From Candidatus Jordarchaeia archaeon (GTDB lineage Archaea; Asgardarchaeota; Jordiarchaeia; Jordiarchaeales; Jordiarchaeaceae): 20,166 nt of DNA. The DNA lies in the NCBI GenBank assembly GCA_029856435.1, contig JAHQXB010000085.1:1-20166 (forward strand). Reading direction: 5' to 3'. Below are positions 16,379 through 20,166 of the stretch, piece after piece. The notes under the pieces are model-generated. The model saw only the letters and a program-made list of their open reading frames with translations. It did not search any database and was not told the DNA's origin. Each line of letters begins with the position of its first letter. Positions within the stretch are counted from its first letter, which is position 1. The translations under genes were made by a program, and so were the position numbers.

Positions 16379-16885
16379 TTATTGTTTCTCTTTCTCTTCT
16401 AGTATTATTTGCACTGCGAGTCTGGCAGCGTTTCCAACTACTGTTGAGCAGTGGTCCAGCATGCCGGAGGAGAAGGCTTCATTCAATTCTTTTTGGTCCC
16501 AAAGGTTATAGGTTCGCCCCATGAGTCTCTTTTGTATGTCGTGACATCGGCAAGCTCCAAACTTTTCTACAAACTGGTCGTGGAGCTTTTTAACCAATGA
16601 GTAGGCTTTCATTGGTTTAAATGGGTCTTTGAAGTCTTTTTTCTCTCTGGGATAAAGCCAGCTTATCACCATAGATGCTCCTACAAGTGCGCCGCAGGCT
16701 CCATTTCCCGTTAGACCCAAGCCATCAGCTAAACCGCTTGCAGCCTTAAACACATCTTCATTCCACATGCCCAAAGTCTCAAATATAGCAGCAATCACTG
16801 TTTGGGCGCATCCTGTATTCTCTTTTTCATACTTTTTACCCAGCTCGAAGGCTTTATCCAGAAGTTTCTTCTTCGACTCTGTCAA
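16379..16885 (-). CDS. C-GCAxxG-C-C family putative redox-active protein
   Basis: 168 aa. TGCAQTV, GLADGLGLTGNGACGALVG, CRCHDI and DHC give the family cysteine pattern. TTG start after GGGGTGA. Confidence 0.9.
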   Translation of the reverse strand: MTESKKKLLDKAFELGKKYEKENTGCAQTVIAAIFETLGMWNEDVFKAASGLADGLGLTGNGACGALVGASMVISWLYPREKKDFKDPFKPMKAYSLVKKLHDQFVEKFGACRCHDIQKRLMGRTYNLWDQKELNEAFSSGMLDHCSTVVGNAARLAVQIILEEKEKQ

Positions 16886-16947
16886 CTTTTCACCCCAAAT
16901 AGTTCCTTACGGAGGTAACACCATTTCTCAAAAGGTTTCATATTTGC

Positions 16948-16955
16948 TATTTATA
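16948..16955 (-). promoter_or_regulatory. TATA box (TATAAATA) for the C-GCAxxG-C-C gene
   Basis: TATAAATA on the minus strand preceded by purine-rich GGAAACAAA (BRE-like), ~63 nt before the start. Confidence 0.35.
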
Positions 16956-17027
16956 TTTGTTTCCAATTTCCCTTTTATCTCTTTATTCTTAATGAAAAGT
17001 TATTGTTTTAATCTATGAGGAGTGAAC

Positions 17028-17035
17028 TTTATAAA
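17028..17035 (+). promoter_or_regulatory. TATA box (TTTATAAA), divergent + strand promoter
   Basis: Consensus TATA with a purine-rich upstream sequence; would imply a ~250 nt leader before 17311. Confidence 0.3.
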
Positions 17036-17310
17036 TGCAATCAGTGTAAGAACCATATTCTGGCAGGATTTTTAACGGTAAAGTTGGGAATGCGGCAAAT
17101 AATGGCTTACCTCTACACCGTTTGAAACTGGAAACCCAAGTGGATTCATTTTAATGAGCGTCGGGGAAGACTGTGGGAATGCCCAGTTAAGTGTGTAAGG
17201 CTTGACTGGCAACTTTTCTTAGCAATTCTGGGAAGGGAAAAATTGGTGGGGAGGATAAATGATTTAAGCAGATTTTGATTTATTGGACTTCATGAGGAGT
17301 AGTTTCTAAA

Positions 17311-18297
17311 TTGGTTCATGAAACAAGCCTTGCGGAAAAGTTGAACAAGCTTAAGAATATCAGAGAAGTTGTTGATTTTATTGAGGAGCTTGAAAATGAA
17401 GCCTTTTATACTTCTGAAATTTTTTCTGACCCCGCTGATTATCCTGTTTTTAAAAAGCCTATAGACTTGAAGGATCTTCCCTTTTTGGATGAGGCTCACG
17501 TCGATATCAAAAATTTAGAAAAAATTGCTAAAAAGTCTAATAATTTTAGGGAAATTGGAAAATTCCTCACCAAAATTAACATTCTAAGCCCAAGCATCGC
17601 GGAGAAACTGGTGCAAGCCGTGTGTCTAAAAATAGACGCCGCCAATAGCCTTAGAGAAATATTACAGTGCCTCCATTCCATTATGGACAAGAACCATTCT
17701 GAAAACATAATAAACCCTTCCCACTTGAACATTCAGGATTATAGCACATTAAGGCTAGTATCTCTCATCGCCCAAGAATTGAATGTAGAAAAACTGGAAG
17801 AGAAAATTGCCCAATCAAAAAGGGTTCGCGACATATGGGAATGCTTACACATCTTAAAAATGTCAGGCGAAACAGTTGCAGACCAAGTACTAAACAATTT
17901 AGGAAATACACCAACCGCAGAGAAAGCTGGCAAAACTAGCAACCCCCACAATACTGGAAACTTGTTGAAAACCCTTCAAAAAATTAGCCCCCAAAAATGT
18001 AACCTCGTTCTCCAAGCACTCATAGAAAAATTGAGGAACACCACCAACCTAAACTATATTGGAAACTGCTATGGCGGAATAGCAAATTTCAGCACAGAAG
18101 TAGCCTTGGAACTCCTACCCCTAATAGCTGAAAAAATGAATCACTCAAATTCACTAAAGGAAGTGGGTGAATGTTTCAGAAAAATCTGTTGGTCTAATAA
18201 GAAAATCATTCCAGAACTGTTAAAGGCCCTAGACTCCGGGAAACAGGACTATCTCCGAAAAAGGTACAGCAGATACCTTAAAATCCCGAACGGGTAA
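17311..18297 (+). CDS. Hypothetical protein with degenerate ~35 aa helical repeats
   Basis: 328 aa ORF, TTG start after GAGGAG, coding-like composition, ~7 recurrences of an EK(I/L)...S.N(L/F)REIG.C(L/F)..I pattern. Confidence 0.8.
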   Translation: MVHETSLAEKLNKLKNIREVVDFIEELENEAFYTSEIFSDPADYPVFKKPIDLKDLPFLDEAHVDIKNLEKIAKKSNNFREIGKFLTKINILSPSIAEKLVQAVCLKIDAANSLREILQCLHSIMDKNHSENIINPSHLNIQDYSTLRLVSLIAQELNVEKLEEKIAQSKRVRDIWECLHILKMSGETVADQVLNNLGNTPTAEKAGKTSNPHNTGNLLKTLQKISPQKCNLVLQALIEKLRNTTNLNYIGNCYGGIANFSTEVALELLPLIAEKMNHSNSLKEVGECFRKICWSNKKIIPELLKALDSGKQDYLRKRYSRYLKIPNG

Positions 18298-18302
18298 CTC
18301 GT

Positions 18303-18827
18303 TCAAATCTGGGCCTTTAAGGATTTTTCATCAATGTTTCTTACCTTGCTTATGAAGCTGTTTAACCACTCATTTATGGCCACATCCGCCGCTATTTCTC
18401 CGCTCCTTATTCTGTTTAGAGTTTCTTCCAGGATTGAACCTGAATCTTTAGAGTCTCTTCCCCCCAATATTTTTTCGCCCTGTTTCTCGTCTAGGTCGAG
18501 GAGATAAAAATCGTGTAGGGCGGATATTCTTCCCCTCAGGTTTATTGCGGATAGTCTGGCGAAATGTTCCTCGCCAAGCACCACTATTACTGCTGTTTTT
18601 TCTGTGACTCTCATAAGGAAGCTGTTTCCATTGTGTATGCTGTCCCCCTCATGCATTTCCGATATGGGAAATTTCAAGTAGTGTTCAATGCACTTTTCTG
18701 GAACATCTCCCTTCATTCCAATAAGGGATTTATCCATACTGACAATTGCTATTCCTCTAGAATTCCATTTACCCTTATTCCTTTCCACGTCATCCATAAG
18801 TTTTTCAATTAACTGTTTCCGATTCAT
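18303..18827 (-). CDS. Hypothetical protein, N-terminal domain possibly roadblock/profilin-like
   Basis: Open frame converging on 18297. Start set at ATG 18827 (MNRKQLIEKL); the ORF track extends to 18893. Alternating helix and strand pattern. Confidence 0.72.
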   Translation of the reverse strand: MNRKQLIEKLMDDVERNKGKWNSRGIAIVSMDKSLIGMKGDVPEKCIEHYLKFPISEMHEGDSIHNGNSFLMRVTEKTAVIVVLGEEHFARLSAINLRGRISALHDFYLLDLDEKQGEKILGGRDSKDSGSILEETLNRIRSGEIAADVAINEWLNSFISKVRNIDEKSLKAQI

Positions 18828-19179
18828 ATCACAAACTTCCAAGAAGTAAATTGGTTTCCAGCCCATTCTATTATAAATGGCAAACTGATTCACGCTTAAA
18901 AAATGACTTTATGAGGACCCTCACAAGCTAAAGATATTTAGAAAACATGAAAACCACCAATTTCATGGAGGGAATTCCAAGAATTCTTACTTCATATTTC
19001 CTTAAAAACCCCACAAATGCAGCCCAGCCAATTTTTGATGATTACTCAAAAAAAAATGGGAAGAGTATAAATATTCTCAAAGAAAAATAATTAATTAGAA
19101 CAACGCGACCTCCAAACCAAAACTGGAAAAATGGGCTTCCATAAATAGTTCATAAAAAGAATGAAAGGGGTGAAAGCGG

Positions 19180-19515
19180 ATGAAGTCCACCTATGTTATT
19201 CTTAGTGAGCAAAAAGTGGAAGCATATAAAAAAAGAGCTATACTTTTCTCTTCCACATTTTTGGGCTTAAACCTTCTAGATTTTGTTGAAACAAAAATAG
19301 CATTGGCCAACGGCCTCTCTGAACTAAACCCCATTGCAAACATTTTTTTCCTCATTGGAATAGCAGAATTTTTCGAGGCAGCAACAACGTTAATAGTTAT
19401 CCTGTGTTTTTACCTCCTTTACAAAATAGACCCCAAACTTGCATGCAACCTCTCCTTTGCACTACTAATTTTCCTATCAGGAATAGTTATTTGGAATTTG
19501 ATTCAAATAATTTGA
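19180..19515 (+). CDS. Small membrane protein, DUF5658-like
   Basis: 111 aa, ATG after GGGGTGA. LNLLDFVETKIALANGLSELNPI matches the family LN..D...T.......E.NP pattern; three hydrophobic helices. Confidence 0.72.
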   Translation: MKSTYVILSEQKVEAYKKRAILFSSTFLGLNLLDFVETKIALANGLSELNPIANIFFLIGIAEFFEAATTLIVILCFYLLYKIDPKLACNLSFALLIFLSGIVIWNLIQII

Positions 19516-19542
19516 TGGTAAACAGCTGTTTTTTTGGATGCT

Positions 19543-19962
19543 TTAAACAAACATGGCGGTTGCTAAAGCTTTAGCAATAGTTTTGCCATCTTCACTGGTG
19601 ACCGTTAATTCCACGTTTACCAAGCGGCTTCCCCTACGCAGAACCCTCCCCTCACCCAACAGTTTGGCTCCCGGCTTGGCGGGGCTAAAGAAGCTAACGG
19701 TGAAGTCCACTGCCACAGAAAGCCTATCATACATGTTGGCAACAACCCCAAACAAATAATCAGCGAAAGCCATTATCGCTCCTCCGTGAACCCCACCAAA
19801 CTGGTTAACCATATTCCCACTGGTCAACATTTCCCCCTTTACTAAGCCTTCTTGCATTTCAATAATTCTAAAACCCATAAAACTGGCGAATGGTGATGAG
19901 TTAACCTCCTTCAAGTAAGCATCTAAATCCTTGACCATTTCCCTCGGCAAGTCACTCACCAA
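19543..19962 (-). CDS. PaaI family hotdog-fold thioesterase
   Basis: 139 aa. PFASFMG, NQFGGVHGGAIMAFAD, VSFFSPAKPG, GRVLRRGSR, VTSEDGKTIAKA. Confidence 0.9.
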   Translation of the reverse strand: MVSDLPREMVKDLDAYLKEVNSSPFASFMGFRIIEMQEGLVKGEMLTSGNMVNQFGGVHGGAIMAFADYLFGVVANMYDRLSVAVDFTVSFFSPAKPGAKLLGEGRVLRRGSRLVNVELTVTSEDGKTIAKALATAMFV

Positions 19963-20166
19963 ACCCCTAGATTATGGTGATTTCTGACCTTCAATCTTTT
20001 ATAAATTTCAATAAACGTATGTGTTTAGCTATCTTGTTTTATTTATCTTTTTTCCCGGGTGTTAGTGGTGTTCCTCAACTGTAAGGTATATAAGGGATAT
20101 CCATATATATCCTATATGATGAGCCATGAGAAGAGTAACCTTAAACAAGGGGAGACTCGTACTTGA

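Noticed and set aside
17084-17210. Cobalamin riboswitch
   Set aside because: The P4 3' strand (CCGCA), the CCCCC of P3/P6 and the AGACCTGCC B12 box are missing; only scattered words match.
192-19759. The ~35 short or antisense ORFs in the track (e.g. 192-437, 1482-1889, 4263-4661, 6328-6744, 10894-11358, 13765-14247)
   Set aside because: They overlap well-supported genes on the opposite strand or in another frame and show no family motifs; treated as shadow ORFs.
20085-20166. Possible start of a + strand gene (TATA-like GTATATAA at 20086-20093, ATGs at 20116, 20119 and 20126)
   Set aside because: Only 13-17 codons fall inside the window and two frames are open; cannot be supported.
1-20166. 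CRISPR arrays, tRNA/rRNA genes, transposases
   Set aside because: No regularly spaced 25-40 nt repeats, cloverleaf structures, rRNA-like sequence or transposase motifs were found by eye.

Overview
Archaeal-type genomic window (GGTGA/GGAGG-like Shine-Dalgarno motifs, many TTG/GTG starts, TATA-like boxes, AT-rich spacers; gene content compatible with an Asgard- or Bathyarchaeia-like anaerobe, which is inference only). About 15 well-supported CDSs: a NosD-type beta-helix membrane protein; a minus-strand cluster of MmgE/PrpD protein, TfrA/SdhA-like flavoprotein and two-subunit class I Fe-S hydro-lyase; a radical SAM enzyme; a Dph6-like PP-loop ATPase; a GH51 arabinofuranosidase; a haloalkane dehalogenase; a TPR-CHAT protein; a C-GCAxxG-C-C redox protein; two hypothetical proteins; a DUF5658-like membrane protein; and a PaaI thioesterase. 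No rRNA, tRNA, CRISPR array or transposase was seen. Best leads: (1) a ~325 nt intergenic element at 15959-16283 with a ~186 nt nested hairpin and three satellite hairpins that matches no RNA family I can recognise; (2) a hydro-lyase/flavoprotein/PrpD cluster whose substrate-binding motifs differ from the fumarate enzymes, suggesting an uncharacterised organic-acid pathway; (3) a CHAT domain with Ser at the catalytic His site and His at the catalytic Cys site; (4) an ~83 nt dispersed intergenic repeat; (5) a possible roadblock/profilin-like protein and a novel helical-repeat protein; (6) a 5'-to-3' G/T to A/C codon-ending gradient within genes. All alignments and folds were done by eye.
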